Of a stretch of DNA of 64,000 bases, positions 1-11,897 are shown one piece after another. A model generated the notes under the pieces. That model ran no database searches. It worked only from the letters and a program-made list of their open reading frames with translations, and was not told where the DNA came from. Every line of letters starts with the position of its first letter. Position 1 is the first letter of the stretch. The stretch covers positions 32,488,001 to 32,552,000 of the forward strand of contig JBNRSN020000012.1 in assembly GCA_051313645.2 (NCBI GenBank), written 5' to 3'. The DNA is from Centroscyllium fabricii. Taxonomy: Eukaryota. Made by a program: the position numbers and the translations under genes.

Positions 1-535
1 GACCTTAGGATGAAGTCCATCAGGACCCAGGGACTTGTCAGCTCAAAGCTCCAACAATTTGCTCAGTACCACTTCCCTGCTGATTATAATTTTCTTTGAG
101 TTCCTCCCATCCTTCCATTTCCTGATTTACAGCTATTTCTGGGATGGTTCTTGTATCCTCTACAGTGAAGACCGGTGCAAAATCCCTGTTCAATTCAACT
201 GCCATCTCCTTATTTTCCATTATTAATTCCCCGGACTCACTTGTTATAGGACCAGTGCTCACTTTGTTAACTATTTTTAAATATCTATAGAAACTCGTAC
301 TATCTGTTTTTATATTTCTAGCTAGCTTTCTCTCATACTCTAATTTTTCTCTGCTTATTAATCCTTTAGTCATTCTTTGCTGTTTTTTACATTCTGTCCA
401 ATCTTTGACCTGCCACCCATCTTTGTGCAATAATATGCTTTTTCTTTAAGTTTGATACTATCTTTAACTGTTTTAGTTAACCACAGATGGTGTCCTCCCT
501 TTGGAATTTCTATTTCTCATTGGAATGTATATATT
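1..535 (-). mobile_element. CR1 LINE ORF2 fragment
   Basis: ORF 38-430 encodes EKLEYERKLARNIKTD..SFYRY...ELIMENKEMAVELN..FAPVFTVED, the CR1 linker between APE and RT, with frameshifts. Confidence 0.85.
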
Positions 536-1710
536 CTGTTTATTCTGAAATATCCCCCTAAATGTCTGCCACTGCAACTCTATTGATCTATCTTTATTTA
601 TACTACTGACATTTAAATGAGTGAGCTCTCTGGTAGTTACAGAACCAGCTTAGATCAGTTAATTAATTAACTAATCTCACCTGCTCTCCAGCAGAGCTTG
701 CTTAGCCCTGCCCAAGCCTGGAAGAAACTTAAAACTTGAAACAGTAAATTTAAGTTAAATGCTAATTGCATGCGCACAAGACTAGATTTTATAACAAAAG
801 TAATTAACCCTTAAGAGTCACTCCCTTACTCACCAAACTTGCAGGTTTACTCTCTGCTCCAAGCTGCACTCCTTCAATCTGATTGGTTAAGGTGACACAC
901 ACTTGGTTGCCCCTGTGCATTCGGGTCCCAGATGCTCCGTTTGCCTTGTTGTGCCATTGTCAGCTTGCACTTTCAGAACCTTTTGAGCCAATGAGTGCAG
1001 AGTCAAGTCTAACTAATGGCACATGCCGTTAGATCCCCTGCTACAGCAAAATCTGGCCCAAATAAATCCTGACTAAGGTTCAGTTAGCCAGTACCGTATC
1101 AGCATCAAGGAACTGCAAGTCAAGTGCAACATGCATCAGAAACAAATTAACATGCCCTGTGTTTTTCCTCAGTGATGTTCATTAATCCCACCCTCGGCAC
1201 AGCAATGTCCTAATGGAATTTTGTAAAATTTCCATTTGTTAGATTAACCCTTCTTGCAGCCTCTGTTGGTGAAAGTGCAAATGCAGTGCTAATCTATGAA
1301 CAAACTTACGTTCATCTCAAACAAATGGGTTGCAATAATTTCACTCACACCCCTTCAAAGCCATCAGAGGGAGGTCAATATCCTGCACTTATTTAACATT
1401 TATAATGCAAGGGCATAGATTTGCGGAGAATATGCAACATGTTTCATTCCTATGCCATTAACGTGTACATTTGCATGTATAAAAATCTGTATAGCCTAAA
1501 AAGTTTAAAGTATGAAAGGATTTGCCACATTCTTTATAACTAGCCTAGATCTTGCAGTAGAATTCATAGTTCAAGATCCCAGAGTGAGAATTGTCTTTTT
1601 CGTATTCTGTATTCATGCTGCTGAATTCAGTATCAAAACACATTACTAGACCCATTCTTTGGATTTAATGAGTATTATAATTAGTATATTAAAAGTAACA
1701 TTCACGCCAC

Positions 1711-2978
1711 ACAAGTGCTAGGCAATGACCATCTCCAACAAGAGAAAGTCTAACCACCTCCCCTTGACATCATTGAATCCCCCACCATCAACAGCCTGGG
1801 GGCCAACATTGACCAAAACCTTAACTGGACCAGCCACATAACTACTGTGGCTACAAGAGCAGGTCAGAGGTTGGGTATTCTGTGGCGAGTGACTCGTCTC
1901 CTGTCCAATTTGTTTTTTTGTCCATTCAAAATTACGTGCATGCGAGGTTTTACAATTCAAGAGCTGGCTCACCGGCTGTATGGAACCTGCAGAGAGCTGC
2001 GCGGCGTGGGAACATTGTTCCCGAGTTCCCAAAGCCTTTCCACAAGGCACAAGTCAAGAGTTTGATGAAAGACCCTCCACTTGCCTGGATGAGTGCTGGT
2101 CCAACAAAACTCAAGAAGCTCGACACCATCCAGAACAAAGCAGCCCGCTTGATTGGCATTCCATCTACCACCTTAAATATTCACTCCCTCCACCGCCAGC
2201 GTACCGTGTCTCCAGTGTGTACCATCTACAAGATGCACTGCAACAACCCGCCAAAACTTCTTCGAAAGCATCTCCCAAACCCGCAATCTCTTCCACCTAG
2301 AAGGACAAGAGCAGCAGGCGCATGGGAACACCACTACTTCCAAGTTCCCTTCCAAGTCACACACCATCCTGACTTGGAAATATATCACCGATCCTTCATC
2401 ATTGCTGGGTCAAAATTATGGGATTCCCTATCTAACAGCACTGTGGGAGTACCTTCACCACATGGACTGCAGCAGTTCAAGGTGGTGGCTCACCACCACC
2501 TTCTGGAGGGAAATTAGGGATGGGTGATAAATTTTGGTCTTACATAGAAACATAGAAGATAGGAGCAGGAGTAGGCCATTTGGCACTTCGAGCCTGCTCC
2601 ACCATTCAATGAGATCATGGCTGATCATCCGAACCCAGTACCCTGTCCCTACCCTCTCCCCACATCCCTCGATCCCTATCGAGCCTGCACCGACACACAT
2701 CCCACCCTATCCCGTAACCCCACATATTTAATCCCCCTAAAACTAAGGGTCAATTTATCCTGGCCAATCAACCTAACCCGCACATCTTTGGACTGTGGGA
2801 GGAAACCGGAGCACCCGGAGGAAACCCACGCAGACACGGGGAGAATGTGCAAACTCCACACAGAAAGTACCCAAGGCTGGATTTGAACCCGGGTCTCCAG
2901 AGCTGTGAGGCAACAGTGCTAACCACTATGCCACCATGCCGCGTCTTGCCAGTGATGCTCACATCCCGTGAATGAATT
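1711..2978 (+). mobile_element. CR1/L2-group LINE 3' end, interrupted by an HE1-type SINE (2542-2942) and a ~120-bp insert
   Basis: Degenerate RT C-terminus (KAQVKS.M...PLAWMSA..TKLKKLDTIQNKAARLIG...HHHLLEGN). The 3' tail resumes after the SINE (GTCTT duplicated) and ends in TGAATGAAT. Confidence 0.8.
2542..2942 (-). mobile_element. HE1-type V-SINE (tRNA head, V domain, CR1-derived tail)
   Basis: Minus strand reads GCGGCATGGTGGCATAGTGGTTAGCAC (A box)...GGTTCAAATCC (B box), V domain TGTGTGGAGTTTGCACATTCTCCCCGTGTCTGCGTGGGTTTCCTCCGGGTGCTCCGGTTTCCTCCCACAGTCCAAAGATGTGC, and a (TTCTATGT)n tail. Confidence 0.9.
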
Positions 2979-3081
2979 TTTTTTAATTACACATTTTAAT
3001 TTTTCGCTCCACTTCTATTTTCTCCCTGCTTTATTTTTGGATCACCCTTTTTATCTCTGCCTCGATGATGTTTGCTGGGTG

Positions 3082-3512
3082 AGAAAGAAAGACTTACATT
3101 TATATAGCACCTTACACGACCACCAAACATGTCAAAGCGCTTTACAACCAATGAAGTACTTTCAGATGTAGTCACTGTTGTAATGTGGGGAACATGGCAG
3201 CCAATTTGCATACACCAAGCTCCCACAAATAGCAAATTTGTTTTGTTATGTTAATTGAAGGCTAAATATTGGCCATGACACCAAGGATAACTCCCCTACT
3301 CTTCTTTGAAATAGTGTCATGGGATCTTTCACGTCCATCTGAGAGAGCAGATAGGCCTTAGTTTAATGTCTCATCTGAAAGACAGCACCTCCAACAGTGC
3401 AGCACTCCTTCAGCACTGCACGGGAGTGTCAGCCTAGATTTATGTGCTCAAGCTCCTGGAGTGGGACTTGAACCCCCAGCCTTCTGAGCCGGAGGAAAGT
3501 GTGCTACCCACT
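3082..3512 (-). mobile_element. Deu-domain tRNA-derived SINE (SacSINE1-like) with L2-type tail; the rest of its head lies at 11158-11183
   Basis: B box GGTTCAAGTCC, Deu-like core (AGATGAGACATTAAAC...GGACGTGAAAGATCCCATGACACTATTTCAAAGAAGAG) and tail GTGCTATATAAATGTAAGTCTTTCTTTCT. Confidence 0.75.
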
Positions 3513-4690
3513 TTGTTTTTATAAATATACTTTATTGAACATTAAGAACGTTTACAACATTGTGATAATTTCATTGTATCATGCAATTAATTCCATTCTG
3601 CCGCTCTACACAGCCATTCCACCACATTTTAACATCAAAACCTGAAGTTTAATTTGTCTCCTGTAACATATTAATCGATTGTACTTTAAAAATTGATTGT
3701 AAAATAATATCTTTAAATTCCTTTCTGAGTAAAACATCCACAGAGCCTTATAAGGATCTTTTAGCTTATATTTGAAATACTCTTTTAGATTGATTCTCCT
3801 CCCCTTAAAAAACAGAGCATTCCTTCTTTGCACGATCATGATTCTAGCCAAACTGAACATTAAATTAATTGCTGCTCCGCTGGACTCGGGCAGACTCTCC
3901 TGCAATCCCCATCTCAAAATGGAGTCCCACGGGATTCCCATTCTCGCTCTTCGGTCCCCACCCAGCAAAATAAATTCTCACAACTGTTGAACATAGTACT
4001 TAAAATCATTTAACTGTGGACATAACACCAGTAAATGGGACAGAGTCTCATCCTGTGTCCCACACGCTGGGCAAGTTGCCCCCTCCACTCGTCCAATCTT
4101 GCACAAGATCGTCATGGTAAAAATCAGGTTATGAGCCAATTTCAAATCCAGTTCAATCTACTCTGGACATTTAAAATTCGCCCACACTCCCTTCCAAATC
4201 CTGTTGAAGTCCAGCTGTGGGTATATACTCTGCCAAAACTCCTGACCAGCAGGTGTCTTGAATCTCCATTCTCTAAATACCTCATAGAAATCGAGTTTTA
4301 CAGTCATCAAATTGGACCAACTCTCCCTCTTTCTATAACAGAAAGCTTCCTTTGGAGATTTCCACATTTATTTCTTCCATCCAATCCTGTGGCATTGCCC
4401 TCACAATCTTCTCATACATGATCCCTATTGCTTTTTCCTCTACCTCCTGATCCTCCTCCTACACCATGTCCCTCACTGTCGTTTCCGGCAAGCAACCTGG
4501 AATTACCTCGTATAACACATCTTTCACACATATAACGCCAGCTTTGATAAAATCTTGATTAAATAAAACCTTCCCTTCGATGTTGACCCACCTGTTCAAA
4601 AATAAGGGCCGTTCTAAAAGTTCCTCAGCCCCCTTGGGCATAAACTGCACACTTTTTAAAAATTGGGCCCAAGTCTCTACAAGCCCCTTA

Positions 4691-6108
4691 CAAAAAAAAA
4701 CATTTTCACTTGCCCGAACATAAGTTTCACTTGCCTGAAATTTATTTAAGAAATAGATCAAAATGTAACATTTTTGTTGGAATGCTTCAGTGTAGGGCCA
4801 TGGAATGTGATTGTGCCTTTGGTTGCATTGGCTCGGTTGGGCAGCTTGAGTGTAGAGACTGATTTGCAGTTGGGCGGGCCACGATTGAACGGATTGTGCA
4901 TTAGCAGGCTTATCCTGCTCACTGCGATACGGGCAGAGTCGTTGGGCATGCGTGTTCGGGTTTGTTCAGCGGGATATTGCTGGTACTGTTTGTGTTTGCT
5001 TTCTGTCTTGAGCGGTGTGTTGTGTCAGCTGAGAGGATGGAATCCTCTTGTGCTGTGTGGAGGGTGCTGTTTCTTGGAGAACGGAGGTGGGTCATTTGAG
5101 GGGAGGTCAGCAGCTGGAGTGGTTTGTGAGCCTCAACAGTGGACTGGGATGTTGCAGGATCACTGAAGGGGGGCGGTTTGAGGATGGATTCTACTGCTTG
5201 GTGTTGGTTGCCCCCCGGGCAGAACCAACAGGACTATTAACAGCTTCTTCCCCTCAGCTGTCAGACTGTTGACAAAGAACTCCATCCCGTCTCATACTGC
5301 CTAGCCCTTGAAGATCATGAGATGCTATTATGTTCATAACCTGTTTGTACATAAGACCATAGCGAATATAACTTTTATATAGTGTATTTTTAACGGCATT
5401 TTAACCCACTGCACTTACTGTGTATACTCTTTTACTGTATATTATTATTATATATATGCATATAACTGCTGTTTGCACTCTGGTTGGACACACCTAATTT
5501 CGTTGCATTTTACTTGTACTGTGCAATGACAATAAAGCGAATCCAATCCAATCCAATCCAAAACTGCAAACATCTGTTGGTGCAGTTCCCCAGCTGCTAC
5601 AAACTCCCTTTTTTTTTTAGATGGTGAAACTTTTTGGAGCTGATCCATCAGGTTGTGTGTGTGCATCTTGCAATGAGAAGGGGCGGTTGTATTTGGTGAC
5701 TTGACCCTGATGTTTCATGTGCTTCCTGCCGCGCGCTCTCCGATTTCCCTTCCGGACTCGCTGACGCACAGGGTGAGAGGGGGGCGGCTCGCCTCGTCCA
5801 CTGTCCGCTTGGAGAGGTGCGGCCGGGGCCCGCCGTTCGGCGGCGCCGCCTGGCCGAATGGACGGCTGGCCCGCGGCGGGGAGTCTCAGACAGCCTCTCC
5901 AACTCTTCGTCGGCGCTCGCCGCCTAGCTGCGTGCGCACACACTAGGCGCTTTGCCGGGCCCGGCCGCTGCGCAGGCATCAGGGGGCAGGGCTTGGGTCA
6001 TGTCCGCACATCGTTTGTCCGGTCGGGCAAGTGGGATTTTCTTTTGCTTGCCCGACGGCGCATTTTGCTTGCCCCGGGCAAGCAGGCAAGCGGTTTTGTC
6101 ACGCCCTG
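4691..6108. mobile_element. Non-autonomous hAT-like DNA transposon inserted in Tx1 ORF2 (left TIR eroded)
   Basis: Splits the Tx1 peptide PRFYKG|LVETW. Right end TTTTGTCACGCCCTG is followed by CCCTTATA, with partial CCCTTA on the left. CTTGCCCG subterminal repeats occur at both ends (4708-4737, 6023-6090). Confidence 0.65.
5221..5559 (+). mobile_element. Rex1/Babar-like LINE 3' fragment
   Basis: Peptide RTNRTINSFFPSAVRLL, then a 3' UTR ending TGCAATGACAATAAA and an (AATCC)n tail. Confidence 0.6.
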
Positions 6109-7575
6109 CCCTTATAAAACCTAGGGAGAAGTTTAATCAATTTCAAAAACATATTATTGCATTCCATATACAATACTATCCCACTTCGTTTTAAAAAATG
6201 CTCAAAACTCTTCCAAAAACCTGTATTTGACTTCTGAAGAAATATCTTGACCCATTTGATTCTAAAGGATTTTTTCTTCAAATCAATATCTGAGAAATTG
6301 AGTCCTCCCTGATTTCTCTGTCCAATTATGGAATTGTAAGCGACTAAGGCTGATTTCCCTTCCCATAAAAGCCTCACACAAGCCTCTCGAATGGACTTTT
6401 CCGCCCACTCTGGGATATCCTCCACCATCAATAAGTACCATAGCTTAGATAGCAGGACAGCAGACACCACTATCGCTCTTCCTTGCACTTTCACCCACCT
6501 TCTTTACCATCTTCCCAAAATCTTTTTAATTTTCATACCCTTCACCTCAGAACTTAGCCCTTCCCGCATTAACACACCATCTATTCGGCACTGTTTTAAA
6601 ATATCACCCACCCAACCTGATCTGGAAAACTCCGTTTTTATGGGGTTCCAGTCCCTCCATAAGCCTCTCAAATTTAAATTTGCCATCATTTTTGCAATCA
6701 TCCCTCTGGAGTTATCATCCTTAAAGGTCATCTGGGCTGAAATGTCCATCCGAGATAAAAAATACATTAAAATCCCCCACTAGACAAGGATTTTCCATCT
6801 CTGCCACTTCAGTGAATAACCCCCGAAAAAACTCGCAATGCTTGGAATGGTCATTCGGTGCATAAATATTAAAGAGATCACAATTAAATCCCTCCATTTT
6901 TACCATTAGCCGTAAAAATCTCCCCTCCGTGTCTTTGTCCACCAAGGCAAAGTTCTCCTTTCTGGACGGACTCACCAAAACAGCCACCCCTCTATGGTTA
7001 TTGTTTGCACAACTTGCAAACACCTCTCCCTTCCAAACCTTCTGAACTCTTTCTAGGATGTCCTCATCCCAAAAGGTTTCTTGCAGACACAACACACATG
7101 TCCGTGCTTTTAAAACCCTGCAACAACTGCTGCAATTTCTTCTCACCCTTCAGTCCGTTCACATTAATCGAGAGCAAAGGGGAATATGCATGATAATCGT
7201 CCCATCATTTAATCTCTGGCCCTTCCCTCCTCTCATGCTCCTTCCCAACTTTTCGGCCAGCTGTTGCTTTTTTCTGCAGCCTCCGACTCTTTCTCACCTC
7301 CTGTTTGAACTTTCCCGGCTGTTTCAGCCTCTTCCTTGCATTATGTTTGGGTCCAGGAGCTGCCCTTTTTCCCCCCTTCTGCCCCTCACTAACCTTTCCC
7401 TTTCCACATGATGCTGCCCACCGCCCACTTCCTTGTCTCTGTCCCCCTCTAATTCATCACTCTCAAGCTCTTCTGTAACCCTCTGTGCCTGCTCTCCATC
7501 CGATACATAATCCTGCTCCCCATCAGATACATCTTCTCCCATAGAGAGTCTTGCTGCAATCGCAGTTTTTCCAAC

Positions 7576-9309
7576 CATAGATACATATAGAAAATAGGAG
7601 CAGGAGTCGGCCATTCAGCCCCTCGAGCCTGCTCCACCATTCAATGAGATCATGGCTGATTATCCAACTCAGTACCCCGTACAGCCTTCTCCCCATATCC
7701 CTTGATACCTTTAGCTCTTAGAACTATATCTAACTCCTTCTTGAATATATTTAATGACTTGGCCTCAACTACAATCTGTGGTGGAGAGTTCCACAGGTTC
7801 ACCACTCTCTGGGTGAAGAAATTCTTCCTCATCCCTGTCCTGAATGGCCTACACCTTATCCTTAGACTGTGCCCTCTGGTTCTGGACACTTCGACCATCG
7901 GGAACATTCTTTCTGCGTCTAGTTTGTCCAGACCTGTCAGAATTTGATAAGTTTTGATGAGATCCCCTCTCATTCTTCTAAACTCCAGCGGGTATAAGCC
8001 TAATTGACCCAATCTCTCCTCATACATTATTCCTGCCATCCCAGGTATCAGCCTTGTGAACCTTCGCTGAACTCCTTCCATGGCAAGAACATCCTTCCTC
8101 AGATAAGGCGACCAAAACTGCACACAGTACTCAAGGTGTGGTCTCACCAAGGCTCTGTACAACTGCAGCAGGACATCTTTGGTCCTGTAGTCAAACCCTT
8201 TCACTATGAAGGCCAACATACCATTTGCCTTCGTCATCGCCTGCTGCACCTGCATGCTTACCTTCAATGACTGGTGCACAAGAATGCCCAGGTCTCATTG
8301 CATTTCCCCGTCTCCCAATCTAGTCTACTTTTCTGTTTTTGACACCAAAGTGGATAATCTCGCATTTATCCACGTTATATTGCATCTGCCACACTTCTGC
8401 CCAATCACCCAACCTGTCCAAATCATCCTGGAGTTTCGTGGTATCGTCCTCGCAGCACACACGCCCACCCAGCTTTGTGTCATCTGCAAACTTGGAGATA
8501 TTACATCTAGTTCCCTTATCTAGATCATTAATGTATATTGTGAATAGCTGGGGACCAAGGACCGATCCCTGCGGTACCCCACTAGTCACTGCCTGCCACT
8601 CAGAAAAAGACCCGTTAATTCCTACTCTCTGCTTTATGTCCGCCAACCAGTTCTCTATCCAAGTCAATACCTTGCCCCCAATCCCATGTGCCTTAACTTT
8701 ACATGCTAATCTCTTATGCGGGACCTTATCGAAAGCCTTTTGAAAGTCCAAATACACCACATCCACTGGTTCTCCCTTATCTATTTTCCCAGTTACATCC
8801 TCAAAAAACTCCAGTAGATTAGTCAAGCATGATTTACCTTTAGTAAATCCATGTTGACTTTGTCCGATCCTGTCACTGTTTTCCAAGTGCTCAGCTATTA
8901 CATCCTTCATAATGGACTCCAGCATTTTCCCCACTACCGATATTAGGCTTACCAGTCTGTAATTCCCCGCTTTCTCTCTACCACCCTTTTTGAATAGTGG
9001 GGTAACATTAGCTATTCTCCAATGCATGGGCATAGTTCCAGATTCCAGCGAATGTTGAAAGATGATCAGTAATGCATCCACTATTACTAGGGCCACTTCC
9101 TTAAGTACCCTAGGATGTAGATTACCCGGCCCTGGGGATTTATCAGCCTTTAATCGCGTCAATTTCCCCAACTCCATTTCCCTACAAATACTGATTTCTT
9201 TCAGTTCCTCCCTTTCATCAGAACCTATGCTCTCCAACTTCTCTGGGAGGTTATTTGTGACCTCCGTTGTGAAGACAGAACCAAGTTATGCATTTAATTG
9301 GTCTCCCAT
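7576..9309 (-). mobile_element. 5'-truncated CR1 LINE inserted in Tx1 ORF1
   Basis: RT motifs KSPGP, NYRLVSL, VDVVYLDFQKAFDKVPH, GVPQGSVLGP, FADD; C-terminus LVRPHLEYCVQFWSP; CR1 3' hairpin and tail. Confidence 0.93.
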
Positions 9310-9507
9310 TTCAACCGTGATGCTCCCTTCGACATCATCGCCACCTCCGACCCTTGCTCCCTGATCCTTCTCCCCCTGGGACAATGGTGCCCCTATATTG
9401 CTCCCTTCTGGCGTATTTGTCTCGCTGCTCACATCCTGCTGCCCGTTTAAGGCTCCTGCCTCTTGCACCCTCTCCTTGTCTTGCCCCCTCCTGCTCACTA
9501 AGATGTC

Positions 9508-10620
9508 CTACTCCCCATCTTTCTTTGGAGTACTTACATTTACCTCGCCCCCCACTCCCGCCTCCTCTCCCCCCATGGTCACCAGATTCTCCAGGGAAAC
9601 CATATTAAGGCTCGAGTCTGCACTCCACCCTTGCTGCCCGCTGCTGTCTTTGTTCTTTTCCATTGTACTTGGTGTGTTTTCCACCATCTCCATCCTGTTC
9701 TCTGGTCCGCCATTTTCTGCCTCTTCCTGTGCTCTTTTCTCCTTCAGTTTACCCGCTGTGTCCTCTGACTGCTCCGCTCCTCCGGCCGTTCCACTCACAC
9801 CTCCTGCTCCTTTTCCCATCTCCTCATCACTCATAGAGCTTCCTTCTGCCTCAAACTCACAATGGGTGGGGCCTTGGTGACACACCCTACAGCTCTCTGC
9901 CTTGCAACTCCGAGCGATGTGCCCAGACTCGCCACAATTGTAACAGTACAAATCTAGACAGTTTCTTACAAGATGGTTGTGTCCAAGACAGTAATAACAC
10001 ACCTTCACTTGGTTATCATGCAGTACTCTGAGGTACTGCACTCCTTCCATTGTCTCGAATTTAATGCTGTACGGTAATGACCTCACCCCCTCTGGGAACC
10101 GCACCTTTACGTAACGGGCTCCATCTGCTACCTGTGTTCCAAGATAGTATCGCCTCCTTATTGCCGAGCAAATTTTAAGGTCCCATGACTCCAACTTTTT
10201 AATTAGTACATCATCCTCAATATAAATTGGCAAGTTTAAGAATGAGACCACCACCTCTTCCGAATATAGCAGAGATACCTCCAAGAACTTATCGCCAACT
10301 CTCGGACTGAGTAAAAGTCTTTCCACCTCCTGTCGGCCACTGACCATCACCTCGAACCCAACATTCGGCTTTGGTCGGCAGGCAAAGCAGCTTCCCTCGC
10401 CACAATCCTCACGTACCGCTTGGATAATACCCCAAGCTCGTATCTCCTTATCCTCGCACTGAACCACCACCGTGTTTTCTTTTCCAAACCTCCTGGGGTC
10501 CCGGCCCAAATCTTTGGGCCTTTTTCTTTCCCTTCCAACTGCAGTTTCTTCCCTAATTACATTAATCCTGGGAACACTGTCCTCTGAGGGGCCCGGCTCT
10601 CCAGACCCCTCAGCAGCCAT
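9508..10620 (-). pseudogene. Tx1-like ORF1 (gag-like, zinc knuckles); continues frameshifted to ~7250 across the CR1 insertion
   Basis: ATG at 10620 (MAAEGSGE...), VVSFLNLPIYIEDD, ADGARYVKVRFPEGVRSLPYS, CYYCLGHNHLVRNC, CYNCGESGHIARSC. Confidence 0.8.
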
Positions 10621-10632
10621 TTGGCTGTTGTT

Positions 10633-11034
10633 TAGAAACATAGAAACTAGGAGCAGGAGTCGGCCATTCGGCCCTTCGAGCCCGCTCCGCCATTCAATGA
10701 GATCACGGCTGATCACCCAAACCCAGTACCCCGCCCCTGCCCTCTCCCCATATCCCTCGATCCCTATCGACCCTGCACCGACACATATCCCACCCTATCC
10801 CCGTAACCCCACATATTCAATCCCCCTAACACTAAGGGTCAATTTATCCTGGCCAATCAACCTAACCCGCACATCTTTGGACTGTGGGAGGAAACCGAAG
10901 CACCCGGAGGAAACCCACGCAGACACGGGGAGAATGTGCAAACTCCACACAGATAGTCCCCCGAGGCTGGATTTGAACCCGGGTCTCCAGTGCTGTGAGG
11001 CAACAGTGCTAACCACTGTGCCACCATGCCGCCC
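10633..11034 (-). mobile_element. HE1-type V-SINE in the Tx1 5' UTR
   Basis: Near-identical to the copy at 2542-2942. Confidence 0.9.
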
Positions 11035-11897
11035 AAAAAGGCCCTAAAACCTGAAAACAAAAACCCACCACCAACTTTTTACAAACTCACTCCTACTCCC
11101 TGCTGCACTCAGGCAATGAGTAACACCTGCTCAGTCCTAGCCCCTCCCACCTAGAGAGTGCTACCCACTGAGCCACAGCTGGCCATGCACTCGCAAGTTT
11201 CTGCCACTAGTACAAACAGTTACATATTTTTTTAAATACTACACACCTTAACCAGCAACCAGTTGGAAATCAAACACAAGATCACATAATCAAAATAAAA
11301 CTAATGCCATGCTTTGGTGATTTCAATGGCACACCAAACATCAATCTGAATGAGACATTTTGACTGATTGATTGTCTTTTATACCATAATGAATTCCTGG
11401 CAGGATTGTAAAATATACTGGTGACCAGATCTGCCTTAACATGCCGTGGCTGTCGTGGCAAAACAACTTTCACAAGATAAACACACAAAAATCACTTACA
11501 AGGTTCCAGAGTGCAGCAAACAAAATAATTATAATAAATTTGTTTCTGATTATACTTCTGTAGCTCTTTAAAGCAGTGGTTCTCAAACTTTTTTGGTTGA
11601 AGGACCCCTTTGCAAATGGATTAGTAATCACAGACCCCTTATCTAAATTATAATACTATATAATACTCATCATGAAAGTGCTGCAGGTAAAGAGTGACAA
11701 TATCAGTGACAATGGTGGTGTGTCTACTTCTCACTGCAGAGTCTGTCTAGCCTTGGTGTGATGTTTGACAATGATACTAGTAAATTATTGACGGCCACTT
11801 TATCCAATCAACGCTCTCCAACGATTGGTCTCTCACCAATCAGAAAAAAGGTCGGGTCATTTTATGGAATTTTTTTTAAACATATATTCATGATTTT

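Larger units (their letters stand above)
3513..11154 (-). mobile_element. Tx1/L1-clade non-LTR retrotransposon with both ends, RT core deleted, containing nested insertions
   Basis: TSD GTGCTACCCACT (3501-3512 / 11158-11169). AATAAA and A-rich 3' end at ~3513-3536. ORF1 with CCHC knuckles. ORF2 APE motifs (SINVNGL, LCLQET, GVAVL, NIYAPN, VGDFN, RID), post-RT region (GRAIVVSAVLLSKLWY, QGGLNFSDI) and C-terminal CPACGTQDETLSHLLVLC. Confidence 0.88.

Noticed and set aside
600-875. Possible CR1 5' UTR remnant
   Set aside because: Resemblance too weak to support without a consensus alignment.
2860-2942. tRNA-like A/B-box sequences (also ~10960-11034, ~15890-15965, ~17965-18041)
   Set aside because: These are SINE heads attached to V domains and LINE tails, not stand-alone tRNA genes.
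10621-10716. N-terminal 32 aa of the 402-aa ORF 9508-10716
   Set aside because: Read-through from the HE1 SINE tail; the plausible ORF1 start is the ATG at 10620.
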